Positions 41,038 to 54,540 are shown, counted from the first letter of the stretch. The stretch is 64,000 bases of DNA from Malacoraja senta (GCA_038087875.1 CM075988.1:1736001-1800000); one strand, 5' to 3'. Made by a program: numbers and translations. Notes: generated by a model from the sequence alone, not told the origin.

Positions 41038-42215
41038 TGTAAACATAATTTTCTTACATTAACATTTGAGTTTTACTTTTAGAAGCTGTGATATTATTAA
41101 TTAGCATAAAATAATGTGCATGTCACGCCTGCATAATTTCAATAAATAAACACTTTGTTCACCACTTTCTGAATACAAATAATCCTTAAAGTTTTGAGTT
41201 GTGCACTTTTCTATCTACCTAAATTTTGTTTTCAACCTGGAATATTTATATTTTTGTATCTTTAGGTGCGTCTCTTTAGTTAGTTTATATTGCATAGTTC
41301 CCTCACAGCCTCTCCCTGACTTTATTGATTTATTGACATATTTCTCAATGTTGGATGAACTTTGTCCCCAGCCTGGGTCTGCCCATCCTGGTTTATCATT
41401 GTTCTGTTTTAAATGAACAGGTGAGGGTACAGCGTTCCAATATCATGGAAGGCATAATTTACGATTGCTAATGATGGTGGTGCAGCCATTAGTGCTGCTG
41501 TCTCACAGGGATAGAGGCTTGGTTTATTCAGCATGCAAACATGCTGTTCGGCCCATCGAGTCCATTCCGGCCATGATGCTTATCTACACTCATTCCATTA
41601 GTCTACGTTAGAGCTGTAACCTTCTGTTTCTTTCCTATTCAAGTAACTGCCCCAACTCCTTTCAAATGCTGTAATTATATCTGCCTTTACCACTTCCCCA
41701 GGCAGCTTGTTTCATATCGTCCCATTCAATATTGTTCCATCTCAGGATTGATCTGAGCACGAGAATTGTCTGTGTGAATTTGTATATTCTCTCTACATAT
41801 TCTCTCTGTCGCTGCACAGGCTTCTTCCAGGTACTCCAGTATTCCCCCACATCCCATACACATACTGGTAAATTAAATAGTTATCTTAAATTAGCTCAGT
41901 GTACATTAATGGCAAATAAGTATGAAAGGGACGTTGATGGGAATGTTGGAGAGAATAAATTGCTTGGATACAGGGGGGTTGGGATTAATGTGATTTCTCC
42001 CCTGAGGGCCAGTATGGACCCAATAGACACAATGGCCTCATTCTGCATCGTTATACGAGTTTTTCATTATCTATAGTGGTGACATTACCTTGAAAGGTCT
42101 CTGCACCCTCATTCAATGTTATCTATTCTCTGCTACAAATAACAATCAATGCTAAACGATCACACATAATCCAGTCTGTTAAAACAACAGGAGTAAACCT
42201 GTTCCTACTACTATA

Positions 42216-42315
42216 GCGGGTCTGAAGAAGGGTTTCGGCCCGAAACGTTGCCTGTTTCATTCGCTCCATAGATGCTGCTGCACCCGCTGAGTTTCTCCAG
42301 CATTTTTGTGTACCT
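42216..42315 (+). mobile_element. ~100-bp PLE-derived mini-element
   Basis: pLTR sequence only; imperfect 12-bp TSD CCTACTA(C/T)TATA at 42204-42215 and 42316-42327. Confidence 0.85.
42217..42254 (+). ncRNA. Minimal type I hammerhead ribozyme motif, best-preserved copy
   Basis: Stem I CGGGU/GCCUG (two G-U pairs); core CUGAAGA (42222-42228) plus extra A; stem II GGGU-UUCG-GCCC; GAAA (42242-42245); palindromic ACGU stem III; predicted cleavage after GUU (42249). Confidence 0.75.
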
Positions 42316-43084
42316 CCTACTATTATATGCTGCCTGGATTAGAGAACATTAGCTCCAAGGAGAGTTTTGACAAACTTGGATTGTTTCTTCCTGAAGGTAG
42401 AGGTGCAACCTGATAAAGGTATATACAATTATGAGAGGTAGACAGAATCTTTTCCCCTGGGTGGAAATGTCAAAGATTAGAGGAAATAGCTTTAAAGTGA
42501 GAGGGGCGAGGGTTAAAGGAGTTGGGTGGCGCAATTGTTTTCCACACAGGAATGCGCTGCTCGGGGTGGTGTTAGAGGCCATAGTCGTGGTGTTTTAGAG
42601 GTATTTTGATAAGCACCTGGATATGAAGGGAATGGAGGGGTTTGGATCACGTGTAGGCAGAGAAGATGACTTTATCTTGGCATTTTACGTTCAGCACGGA
42701 CAATGTTAGTGAACGAGCCTGTTCCGTGATGTATCCAGTCCACCTGTATCCAGGCGGAGATCACCTTTGGGGCTTTGAACCCTGCCCCACCTCACAAACA
42801 TTCCTCAATATCAACAACCTGAATCCTTAGAAAAGCTTCTCAAGTTAGAAAAGAGATTGTTTTTTTTTTACAAAATAATTATTTGCCCTGGTATATTTTA
42901 TTTACCCTCAAACAAAAATCATTCTAAACACACAAGTCGTTGTTATGTTTACACTCAGGCACTCTTCCTCGTTCTTGTCTCAGCTCTATTACTGGACTGC
43001 AGCTTATGGTGAATTGTTTTCTTTAATATCATTTTCATGAGTTCTTGTTTTCAGATACAAACCCCAATAAGATGTAGTTATGAA

Positions 43085-43200
43085 ACTTACTGTGGAGTTT
43101 GGAAGCGTTCCTTGTTGTGTGGGTCACATTCCTGGGTCAGAAGCCGCGTAGTTAATGCAGACTCACACCGGGTCAACTGCAAAGTCAGGAGTTTACTGAA
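43085..43200 (-). other. Possible non-coding 5' exon / regulatory region of TMEM45B
   Basis: ACA|GTAAGT donor on - at 43091/43090 in a non-repetitive island. The ATG exon has an acceptor, so an upstream exon is needed. Speculative. Confidence 0.3.
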
Positions 43201-43407
43201 CTTCCGTGGAATGCCTGCTCCTTCTGATTTGCTAATTGCCTCAAAAGCCTTGAGATCTCCCCGAGTTTCACAACAGGTGCAAATATTCCAGCGTACTCTT
43301 GTCTCCCTGAGGAAAGGCAACCTGCCACTCCCTGGTCTTGGCTACTAGAACACTGCCACCCATGGGCCTGGACTGGTATAGCAGCACCCAGACATTTAAA
43401 TCATTAC

Positions 43408-43498
43408 GGAGGTACACAAAAATGCTGGAGAAACTCAGCGGGTGCAGCAGCATCTATGGAGGGAAGGAAATAGGTAACGTTTCGGGCCGAAACCCTTC
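43408..43498 (-). mobile_element. 91-bp PLE-derived mini-element, 5'-truncated inside the hammerhead core
   Basis: Perfect 13-bp TSD TTTAAATCATTAC (43395-43407 / 43499-43511); on -: GAAGGGTTTCGGCCCGAAACGTTACC. Confidence 0.88.
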
Positions 43499-44169
43499 TT
43501 TAAATCATTACACTCATTTCCTCAACTTCTCATCATATTTGTTTGCCACGCTGTGTGATGAAATTCTTCCTGGTGTTTTTTAAAATGTTACATTCATAAT
43601 ATGGTCTAAGTTTATTGCCATAAGCACAGGTACACTCGGCCACAGCCACAATGCAAATCTCATCAAATCTAGAAAAATAGGTAGCTATTTAGCACACAAA
43701 ACAGCAATAAAGAGTCTGCTGGAGGAACTCAGCGAGTCAATCAGCACCTGTGGGGAGAAAGGAAAGGTCAACATTTTGGAGTTGTTGGCTTGCAGCCCTC
43801 TGTTCGCCTTGCTGTTCAATAAGATCGTGAATGACCCCATCCTCTGCGTCAACTCTATTTTCCGGCCTGAAACCAGAATTCTCAATTCTCAATAGATCTA
43901 AAATAACCTGTCTATCTCGGTCCTTGAATGTGTTTAGTATTTCAGCCGCTGCAACTTGCTGGGGTTCCAAAGGTTTACATTCTTGCGAACAAAACCATGC
44001 TGATCTCCAATTTAAATGGCTGATGATTCATCACTAATTGTAAAACTTTATTCCTTCGTACACGTATATAGTCTCCTTTCATTACAAGCAGAAGGGGACC
44101 ATTAGGCTCACTGAACACTGCCGGCTCTCTTAACTGTTCATCAATCCCATTCACCCCGATTTTTGCTGC

Positions 44170-46520
44170 AGTCACATAGTCATAGTGTGGAAACAGGCCC
44201 TTAGCCCAACTTGCCCACACCAGCCAACATGTCCCAGCTACACTCTTCCCACCTGCCTGCATTTGGTCCATATCCCTCCAAACCTGTCCTATCCATGTAC
44301 CTGTCAAACTGTTTCTTAAATGTTGGGAAAATCCCAGCATCAACCACCTCCTCTGGCAGCTTGTTCCATACACCCACCAAAAAGTTACCACTCAGATTCC
44401 TATTAAATCTTTCCCTCTTTACCTTACACCTATGTCCTCTGGTCCTCAATTCACCTACTCTGGGCAAAATACTCTGTGCATCTACTTGATATATTCCTCT
44501 CATGATTTAATACATCTCTATAAGACCACCCATAATCCTCCTGTGCTCCAGGGAATAGAGACACAGCCTACTCAACCTCTCCCTATAGCTTAGACCATCT
44601 AGTCCTGGCAATATTCTCTGTACCCTTTCCAGTTTAACAACACGTTTCCTATAACACGGTGCCCAGAACTGAAGACAATACTCTGAATGCGGCCTCACCA
44701 ACGTCTTATACAACTGCAACACGACCTCCCAACTTCTATACTCAATACTTTGATTGATGAAGGCCAAAGTGCCAAAAGCCTTTTTGACCACCTTATCTAC
44801 CTGCGACTCTACCTTCAAGGAACCATACACCTGCACTCCTAGATCCTTCTGCTCTACAACACTACCCTGAACCCAACCATTCACTGTGCAGGTCCTGCCC
44901 TTGTTAGACTTCCAAAAATGCAACACATCACACTTTTCTGTATTAAATTCAATGAACCATTTCTCAGCCCACCTGGCCAATCGATCCAGATCCTACTGTA
45001 ATTTTTCACAACCCTCTTCACTATCTGCAAAACGACCCACTTTTGTATCATCAGGAAACTTGCTAATCATGCTGTACCCTGAGGTACACCACTAGTCACA
45101 GGCCTCCAGTCCGAGAAGCAACCTTCTACCATCACCCTCTGCTTCCTTTCATGGTCAATTTTCTGTCCATTCAGCTTTCTCTCCTTGGATCCCATGCGAT
45201 CTAACCTTCCAGAGCAGCGTACCATGCGGAACCTTGTCGAATGCTTTGCTGAAGTCCTTGTACACAACATCTACAACTCTGCCCTCATCGATCTTATTGG
45301 TCACGTCTTCAAAAAACTCAATCAGATTTGTGAGACACGACCACCCACGTACAAAACTATGCTGACTATCCCTAATCAGCCCTTGCCCATCCAAATGCCT
45401 GTATAACCTTTCCCTCAGAATACTCTCCAGTAACTTTCCAACTACAGATGTTAAGCTCACTGGCCTATAGTTCCCAACATTTTCCCTGCAGCCCTTCTTG
45501 AAAAGAGGCACAACATTTGCCACCCTCCAGTCTTCCGGCACCTCTCCTGTATTTAAAGACGATTTGTAAATTTTAACCAGGGCTCGTGCAATTTCCTCTC
45601 TAGTGTCTCACAATGTCCTCAGATATATCTGATCAGGCCCTGGAGATTTGTCTACCTTCAAACACTGTCAGCACCTGGTGCAGCATGGTGGTGCAGTGGT
45701 AGAGTTGCTGCCTTACAGCGCTGGAGACCCGGGTTTGATCCCAACTATAGTAGTTTGTACGTTCTCCTTGTGACCGCGTGGATTTTCTCTGAGCTCTTTG
45801 GTTAGCCCCCACCAAAGATGTACAAGTTTGTAGGTTAATTGGCTTGGATTTGTATACTTGGAATAAGTTTAAATTGTCCCTAGTGTGTGTAGGCTTGTGT
45901 TTATCCATGGGGATCACTGGTCAGTGCGGACTCGGTGGACCGAAGGGCCTGTTTCCACACTGGATCTCTAAACTAAACTAAACACCTCTTCGACTGCTCT
46001 CAAGACACTTCCATTGACTGCCCCAAGTTCGTCCGTCCTGTCTTTCTCCTAGGTAAATACAGAAGAGAAATAGTCTATTGAGGACCTTGTCCATCTCCTG
46101 TGGCTCGACACAGAGGTGACCGCTTTGATTTCTGAGGGGTCTCACTCTCTCACTAAATATCCTTTTCCCCCTTATATATTTATAAAATCACTTGGGATTG
46201 GTCTTAATGCTTTCCGCCAGAGCTATCTCCTGGCCCCTTTTTGCTCTTCTGATTTCCTTTTTCAGTTTACTCCTTAGTTCCCAAAACTCCTCCTGGGATG
46301 CACTTGATCCAAGCTGCCTGCACCTGTCCCATGCGTCCTTCTTATTCTTGTCCAATATCTCAATTTTCCTCATCAGCCAAACTTCCTTACGTTTGCCTGC
46401 CTTGGTCTTCATTCTAACAAGGACATGCATATCCTGAACTTTTGTCAGCACACTTTTAAAAACATCCCACTTGGCTGGTGTTAGTTTCCCCTCAAATAAG
46501 TTACTCTAATCAACTTTTGA
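44170..46520 (-). mobile_element. CR1 ORF2 (RT and 3' end), with HE1 SINE inserted at 45681-45982 (+)
   Basis: PEDWRVANVVPLFKKG..NYRPVSLTS, DFSKAFDKVPH, GVPQG, LVRPHSEYC. Confidence 0.92.
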
Positions 46521-46597
46521 GATAGAGTGGTAGGTGCCTGGAAAGCGCTGGAGGCAGATACGATAGTGGCAATTAAAAGTCTTCGATCGGCACATGG

Positions 46598-47005
46598 ATA
46601 TAATAATAATAATAATAATAATAGATTTTATTTATATAGCGCTTTTCAGGACTCAAAGTCGCTTTACAATTGAAAGTCAGGAATAAACAAAACAAAATAG
46701 AGCAGTAAGACAGAGGGGAGGGGAACATGGGACTAAGGGTATGCAGAGGTGAAGAGATGGGTCTTGAGGCGGGACTGGAAGATGGTGAGGGACTCAGAAT
46801 TTCGGACCGGTTGGGGAGGGAATTCCAGAGCCTGGGAGCTGCCCTGGAGAAGGCTCTGCCTCCAAAGGTGCAGAGGTTTGATTTCGGAGTGGAGAGGAGA
46901 CCAGCTGATGTGGATCTGAGGGACCGTGAGGGTTGGTAGGGGGAGAGGAGGTCAATGAGATAAGGGGGGGCCAGGTTGTTGAGGGCTTTGTAGGTGAGAT
47001 ATGCA
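46598..47005 (-). mobile_element. L2 LINE 3' end with (TAT)n tail
   Basis: LTYKALNNLAPPYL...GGRAFSRAAPRLWNSLP. Confidence 0.9.
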
Positions 47006-47124
47006 TGGATATACGGGCAAGGAGGGATATGGATCACATGTAGGCAGAGGAGATTAGTTTCACTCGGCATCATGTTTGGCACAGACATTGTGGGCTGAAG
47101 GGCCTGTTCATCTGTGGTACTATT

Positions 47125-47900
47125 CTATGATGGGGGTTCTGTTATATTCATTGTTGTCATATTAGGGCTCAATGTTATAAACAGTCACATACATTTGCAT
47201 TTTTTATATGGGTGTTCAATAATATTCAGGTTCAGTTTTACTAATGATTATTATATTGGGGTTCAGTTATGTTAGAGCTCAGTTATATTTGCATTTTTAT
47301 TATATATTGGAGTTCAAATGTCAGATTGTGACATTAAGTTGATGTGCTGTTTCTGGATTTCAGTTTATGTTGGGCTCAGTCATCTTCGCAGTCTTTGTTA
47401 GTTTTAATTATGTTGGATGTTAATTATATTGGTGGTCTTCATGCTCGACCTGCGTTGATGGGCGCCTCAATTATATTAACTTAAAAAAAAAAATCGTGTT
47501 TCACTTCTGTTGAGCGTGAACATGATAAGTTTTCAAATTGAGGTTGAATAATGTTGTGGTTCATGTATATATATATATATATACACTGTGTGTGTGTATT
47601 TTAGGGTTTAGTCATAGCAAAGCTTAATTGTATTTATATTGGGGTTCAGATATGTCAGGGCTCAGTGACATAAGCTGTTTTATGGTGTGTTCAGTTACAA
47701 TGCAGGCTTCCATTACATTGGGGAGTTTAGGGAGTTCAGTGATATAAGGGCTCAGATCTATTTGCATTCATATAATTGGTTTGATTTCCAAAGGGGCTGA
47801 ATTATATTACTTGATTTATATTGGGGGTGGTGTCAGTTATTTAGACTTCAAATGGGGTTCATAATCTTTCTACAGTCATGGTGGGAATCAGTTATTGTCG
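47125..47900. repeat. Degenerate T/G-rich tandem repeat (motif ~TATATTGGGGTTCAGT)
   Basis: Many diverged recurrences of ggggttcag/gggctcag preceded by tatatt. Confidence 0.6.
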
Positions 47901-48375
47901 TGGTTTGTGAGCCAGCTGCTCTACTAGTTGTACTAATGTGCCACACTTAAAATTTGAACCATTAATTTATCAAATAGTAGAAAACATTGAGAGGACTTAA
48001 TTATAGGTACTTGTTAGTTTGGAAATGGGATAAATTAGAAAATTAGAGGTAGATGTGACAGGCTAATACAATAATCATGAGATACTTTGGTACACAGTAG
48101 GCTTGATGAGTCACATAGACCGCAACAAAATGGAAGATGGCTTTGATGGAATGGTTACAAGAAGCTTTTCTAGATCAATATATCGAAGAATCATCAGGGG
48201 AAAGGTTCTTTTGGATTTCATTCAGTGCAATGAGATGCTTTGATGCTGTGGGGTCTGTTTGGGGAAAAGTGACCATAATGTGAAAGAGTTTGACCGTGAT
48301 TCTAAAAGTGATGTCGTTTAACATGAAACTAGGAACTTAAAACTAAACACTGTAAACTACAAAGGTATTTGAGAC

Positions 48376-48803
48376 GTTCAAGAGTTCAAGTTCAAGAGAG
48401 TTTATTGTCATGTGTCCCAGATAGGACAATGAAATTCTTGCTTTGCTTCAGCACAACAGAATATTGTAGGCATAAATAAATAAATACAGAACAGATCAGT
48501 GTGACCATATACCATGAATATATATATACACACATAAATAAACAGATAAAGTGCTTAGGTTATTAAAGTTCAGATTTTTGTTAGAGTTGAGTTTAATAGT
48601 CTGATGGCTGTGGGGAAGTAGCTGTTCCTGAACCTGGATGTTGCAGATTTCAGGCTCCTGTACCTTCTACCTGAAGGCAGCGGAGAGATGAGTGTGTGGC
48701 CAGGATGGTGTGGGTCCTTGATGATGCTGGCAGCCTTTTTGAGGTAGCGACTGTGGAAGATCTGCTCGATGGTAGGGAGGTCAGAGCCGATGATGCACTG
48801 GGC
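48376..48803 (-). mobile_element. Rex1/Babar LINE 3' end
   Basis: KKAASIIKDPHHPGHT...LPSGRRYRSLK...FRNSYFPTAIRLLN on -; (CTTGAA)-like tail. Confidence 0.85.
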
Positions 48804-48989
48804 TTATATCTCCTTATAGCTAATACTATTTTATCCAGGCAGCATTCAGGTAAACCTATTCTGCACCCTCTCCAAAGCCTCCACTTCCTTCCTGTAATGG
48901 GGTGATCAGAACATCACACATTATTCCAAATGTGATCATTCAAAGTTCAATATAGCTGCAACATGACCTCCTGAATCTTGATCTCCTAA

Positions 48990-49296
48990 ACATGACCCTC
49001 TCTCTGTCCCTCCCCCACCCTAGTTCTCCAACTAATTTCACTGTCCTCCTGATTAATTTTACTGTGTGTATGCCTCATTGTCACCTTCCTCTCAGCCACC
49101 AATGAACCATTCTACATTTCCTTGATTATTGTCTGCTTTGATCTGAGGTTTTCACACCTTGCCCTTCCATATCTCTCACTTCCCTCACCCCTGACTCTCG
49201 GTCTGAAGAAGGGTCTCCACCTGAAACTTCAGCCATTCCTTCTCTGCAAAGATGCTGCCTGTCCCGCTGAGTTACTCCAGCATTTTGCAACTATCT
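48990..49296 (+). mobile_element. PLE 3'UTR/pLTR with degenerate hammerhead
   Basis: Reverse-complement match to 50277-50580; CTGAAGAAGGGTCTCCACCTGAAACTTC at 49203-49230. Confidence 0.8.
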
Positions 49297-49399
49297 CCTG
49301 ACTCTTAAGTTGGGCAACAACAGGTTTGTCCCCTGATGTACACAATGCATTCTATGTTCACTTTGAACAGAAGGTCGATGCTTTGAAAAGACCACTAGC

Positions 49400-50265
49400 A
49401 TCCTGCTGCCAAAGAAAAGTAATGTAGTGTTCCTTAATAACTACTGTCCAGTGGCTCTGACATCCACCATCATGAAGTGCTTCAAGAGACTGGTGATGGT
49501 GCACATTAACTCTAACCTCCCACATAGCCTTGATCCACTGCAGTTTGCTTATCGACGCAGCAGGTCCACAACAGATACTATCTCCCTGGCCCGAAACTCA
49601 TTTCTAGAATGCCTGGGCAACAAGGATACCTACTTCAAACTCCTATTTATCAACCATAGCTCTGCCTTCAACACCACAATCCCAACCGAACCCATCTCCA
49701 AACTCCTCACCTCCTCTGTCCTTGGATACTTTCTGATCCATAGTGAGGAGTGGTGACAACACACCCTCTATAAATCATTCTCAACACTGGTGCCCACAAG
49801 GATGCGTTCTCAGTCCTCCACTGTACTCCCTATAATTCACGACTGTGCGGCCAAGTTCAGCTCGAACTCTACAGATGGTGGGCGGATCATGACGCATAAT
49901 GAGACGGAATGCAGGAAGAAAATGGAAAACTTAGTAACATGGACTCAGGACTATAACCTCTCCCTCAATGTTAGCAAGATGAGGGACCTAGTTATCGACT
50001 TCAGGAAGCGTGGTGGAGTACATGCCCCAATCAGCATCGATCAAAGTGGAAATGGTTGAGAGCTTCAAATTCCCTGGCATAAATATTACCTGTGATCTGT
50101 AGAGGACCAACCACGTTGAAGCAATTGCCAAGAAGGCACATCAATGCCTCAACTTCCTCAGGAGTTGGCTCCAACTCTTACCAATCTCTACAAATACATC
50201 ATAAAGTACATACTGTCGGGTTGCATCACAGCTTTGGTTTTGGAACAGCTCTGACCAAGAGAGCT
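49400..50265 (+). mobile_element. Old Rex1/Babar RT fragment
   Basis: NNYCPVALTSTIMKCFKRLV...LDPLQFAYRRSRST...LFINHSSAFNT. Confidence 0.88.
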
Positions 50266-50276
50266 AGAAATTTTAA

Positions 50277-51330
50277 AGATAGACACAAATTGCCGGTGTA
50301 ACTCAGTGGGACAGGCAGCATCTCTGGAGAGAAGGAATGGGTGATGTTTCGGGTCGAGACCCTTCTTTAGACTGATGTCAGGGGAGAGGGAGATACATAG
50401 ATAGAAGTGTAAGGTGTGAAAACAGGACAAAGGGAATGGAGATCAAGGAAAATGTAGAATAGGTCATTGTTAGCTGGGAGAAGGTAACAAAGTAAACAGA
50501 GGTAAAATGTAGGCGAGACAATAAGACTGGTCGGAGAACAGGGAAGGGGGATGGATGGAGAGCGAGGGAAAGCAAGGGTTACTTGAAGTTAGAGGTCAAC
50601 GTTCATACCACTGGGGTGTAAGCTGCCCAAGCGAAATATGAGGTGCTGTTCCTCCAATTTACACTGGGCCTCACTCTGACAATGGAGGAGGCGCAGGACA
50701 GAAAGGTCAGTGTGGAAATGGGAGGGGGAGTTAAAGAGTTTAGCAACCGGGAGATCAGGTAGGTTTATGTGGACTGAGCGGGGGTGTTCAGCAACATGAT
50801 CGCCGACCTTGCGCTTGATCTCGGCGAATTATAAGAGTCACAACTGGAACAGCGGATACAGTAGATGAGATTGGAGGAGGTTCAAGTGAACCTCTGCCTC
50901 ATCTGAAAAGACTGTTGAGGTCCTTGGACGGAGTCGAGGGGGGGGGGGTGTAAGGACAGGTGATGCATCTCCTGCAATTGCAGGGGAAAGTACCTGGGGA
51001 GGGGGTGGTTTGGGTGGGAAGGGACGAGTTGACCAGGGATTTGCGGAGGAAACCATTTCTGCAGAAAGGGGTGGAGATGGGAAAATGTGGCTACGGGTGA
51101 GATCCCATTGGAGGTGGCGACAATGTCGGAGGATTATGTGTTGCATGTGACGGCTGATGGGGTGGAAGGTGAGGACTAGGGGGACTGGGGGGAGGGGGAG
51201 TGAATTTGAGTGCAGGATGAAAATTAATAGTAAAGTTAATGAAGTCAGTGAGTTCTGCATAGGTACAGGAGGCAGCACTGATGCATTTGTCAATGTAGCA
51301 GAGGTACAGTTCGGGGACAGGGCCAGTGTA
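50277..51330 (-). mobile_element. Penelope-like element 3' part (RT end, GIY-YIG, pLTR)
   Basis: YTGPVPELYLCYIDKCI...FHPALKFT; PLVLTFHP; GIY-YIG region ending LEEQHLIFRLGSL; mutated hammerhead at ~50370-50343. Confidence 0.92.
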
Positions 51331-53521
51331 TGCTTGGACCTGCTACCTGCCCCCTCGACGTTGTCCCCTCTGCCCTTCTGAAGGATGTCATTACAATAGC
51401 TGGTCCCAGCATCCTCGCCATCATCAACAGTTCTCTGGCCACTGGCACTGTTCCTACCTGCTTCAAGCATGCGGTGGTCCAGCCCCTCTTGAAAAAACCT
51501 AACCTCGACCCCACCTTGCCTAGCAACTACAGACATATTTTCCAAACTGCCTTTCCTTTCAAAAGTCCTTGAAAAGGAAATTTTAAGTCAACTTATACCT
51601 TACCTTCACCAAAACACCATCCTGGAAACTTTCCAATCAGATTTCAGGGTTCACCACAGCACAGAGTCTGCCTTGTTGAAGGTACACAATGACCTACTGC
51701 TCACCGTTGACTCCGGCGACTGTGCAATTCTGCTCCTTCTTGACCTCAGCGCAGCGTTTGATACAGTCGACCACACCATCCTAATTGACCGTCTCCGGTA
51801 TGGGGTTGGTATTGATGGCACTGCCCTGAGCTGGTTCGTCTCCTACCTCAAAGATAGGAGTTTCTCTACAAAGATAGGCAACTCTTTCTCCTCCCCAGCT
51901 AGCCTCTGCTGTGGGGTTCCACAAGGTTCCATCCTTGGCCCCATTCTCTTCTCCCTGTATATGCTCCCCTTAGGCCAAGTCATTCAAAGGCACGGCATTT
52001 CCTTCCACTGCTATGCAGACGATACACAACTCTATCTCCCCCTGAAGCCCAACAACTGATCTAATCTATTCAGCCTTATCCACTGCGTCGAGGATATAAA
52101 GTGTTGGATGGCCCAGAACCTCCTCCAACTAAACGAGAGTAAGTCTGAGGTCATCCTACTCAGACTCAATCAAAACAATAGCAGGCAGCCTTGGAAGCCT
52201 AAAGGGCCTGTCCCACCAGCATGCGACTGCATGTGACTAGCACGACCTAATGTGGTCGCTTGAGCCGTACGGCCTCGCGGGTCGGTCCCACTTCGATCAC
52301 CGGAGCCGTATGGAGTTGCGCGGTGCTGGTCCCGACATCGCGCGGGGCTCCAAAAAACTGAAACTGTCCAAAAATTCCGCGCAGCAACGGCCTGTCGGCC
52401 CACAGCTGCATTGAGGCCATACGCAGTGTCTTGACACCGTACGCAGCGACTTGACGGAATACGCCTAGCGCGTGGCATTGCACGATGACATCACCGCCCG
52501 GCGTGCCGTTGCGTGATGACGTAACCGCCCGACGCGGTGCGACGTCCAAATTCAGTCGGCCTGCCTCCTGACCAGCTGATTGGTGAGTATGATGTCGGGA
52601 CCAGCCCCGCACAACTCCAGACGGCTCCGCGGTTGGAAGTGGGACCGGCCCTGCGAGGCCGTACGCCTCAAGCCACCACGTTTGGTCGCACTAGACGCAT
52701 GCAATCGCATGCTGGTGGGACAGGCCCTTTAGCCCATTACTCAAACCTCCCGTCAAAAACCTTGGCGTGATATTTGACTCCGCGTTGAAATTTGACAAAC
52801 AAGTCAATGCCGTGGTAAAAGCTAACTTCTTCCAGCTTCGGACGACAGCTAAAATAAAACAATTCCTCCAATCTGACGACGTCGAAAAGATCACCCACTC
52901 ATTTATCTTCTCCCGCCTAGATTACTGCAACTCCCTTTACACTGACATCAGCCAATCATCCCTGTCTCGCCTGCAACTGGTCCAAAACGCCGCAGCGAGA
53001 CTCCTGACGGGCACCCGAAAAAGGGACCACATCACCCCGATTCTGGTCTCTCTCCACTGGCTCCCTGTGCGGTTCCGAATCAATTTCAAGCTCCTTCTTT
53101 ATGTATACAAACCCTTAATGGGCTTGCCCCCACCTACATCAAAAATCTGCTTACCCACCACACCACTTCCAGGTCCCTCAGATCGTGCGACTTGGGGTTA
53201 CTGACCATCCAGCGGTCTAGGCATAAGCTCAGAGGCGACCGTGCTTTTGCGGTTGCAGCTCCTAGACTATGGAACAGCATTCCTCTTCCCATCAGAACTG
53301 CCCCCTCCATCGACTCTTTTAAGTCTAGACTTAAAACTTATTTCTACTCTCAAGCCTTTCTTGAGGTCATCTGAGGGAGTGCTGTATGTATGTATTTATG
53401 TATGTATTGTTGATCTATGTACCACTGTTTGTAGCACGTTAGTACCTGCACCAATGTAAAGCACTTTGGTCAACAATGAGTTGTTTTTAAATGTGCTATA
53501 GAAATAAAATGTACTTGACTT
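51331..53521 (+). mobile_element. L2 LINE (5'-truncated RT and 3' end) inserted in the PLE
   Basis: [60 protein letters not shown]; tail tacttgactt. Confidence 0.95.
52203..52728. mobile_element. PIF/Harbinger-type MITE (526 bp) inside the L2
   Basis: TIR AGGGCCTGTCCCACCAGCATGCGA / TCGCATGCTGGTGGGACAGGCCCT; TAA/TTA flanks; CpG-rich. Confidence 0.92.
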
Positions 53522-53752
53522 GGAACAGTGATTGTTCGACGTACTCTGCAAAGAGGCAGGCATAACTGTGGCCCATGCGAGTGCTTGGATTTGGAGGAAG
53601 TGGGAGGAGTTAAAGGAGAAGTTGTTGAGGGTAAGGACCAGCTCTGCTAGGCAGAGGAAAGTGTTAGTAGGGGGATATTGGCTGGATCTGTGGTCGAGGA
53701 AGAAACGGAGGGCTTTAAGACCCTCCTGGTGCGGGATGGAGGTGTATAATAA
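53522..53752 (-). mobile_element. Penelope-like RT, middle part
   Basis: LLYTSIPHQEGLKALRFFL...LAELVLTLNNFSFNSSHFLQ; continues across the L2 into 51330. Confidence 0.9.
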
Positions 53753-54246
53753 ACTAGAGAGAAAATAAAAGTTCAGTGTGTGTATATATATACACTTACT
53801 CACAAATACACACATATGTATATATGTATATATAACTATATATAAGTCTCATCTTGACCACTTCCTGTCTGTGCTATATATTGATTTTAGAAAAAACGCT
53901 ACAATATATCGCTATGATTTTTGGCCATCTTACTCACAGTCCTCCTCCGCTCGATTTTCCCATCGATGATAAATTAAAAAATTATGAGCGTTTATAAAAT
54001 CTTGAGATCAGCTGATTGGTCCTCTCGCCTGTCAATCACCACGATGAAGGTAACGCCCCTTCTGGGGGGGGGCCAGGACTATAAAACCCCGGATGCCTGG
54101 ACGTGAGTCAGTCACTCTGGATGATCGCGAGGGAGAGTCCACAACTGTGATTCTAAGCTGTGAATCAACTGAACTGTGAGTCTGTAATTTACTTGCAATA
54201 AATGATTTGTTAGCCCTTAATGACAATGCAATGAGTTGTTTGGCAA

Positions 54247-54540
54247 TTTGGTGGCCTGCACTCTGCCTGAAATGCTATGAAATTGAATTTGGTGGCCTGC
54301 ACTCTGCCTGAAATGCTACGAAATTGAGTTTGGCAGCCTGCACTCTGCCTGAAATGCTACGAAATTGAGTTTGGCGGCCTGCACTCTGCCTGAAATGCTA
54401 CCAAATTGCGTTTGGCGGCCTGCACTCTGCCTGAAATGCTACGAAATTGAGTTTGGCGGCCTGCATTCTGCCTGAAATGCTACAAAATTGAATTTGGTGG
54501 CCTGCACTCTGCCTGAAATGCTACGAAATTGAGTTTGGTG
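54247..54540. repeat. 41-bp tandem repeat x 7
   Basis: Unit ~TTTGGCGGCCTGCACTCTGCCTGAAATGCTACGAAATTGAG; period 41. Confidence 0.96.
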
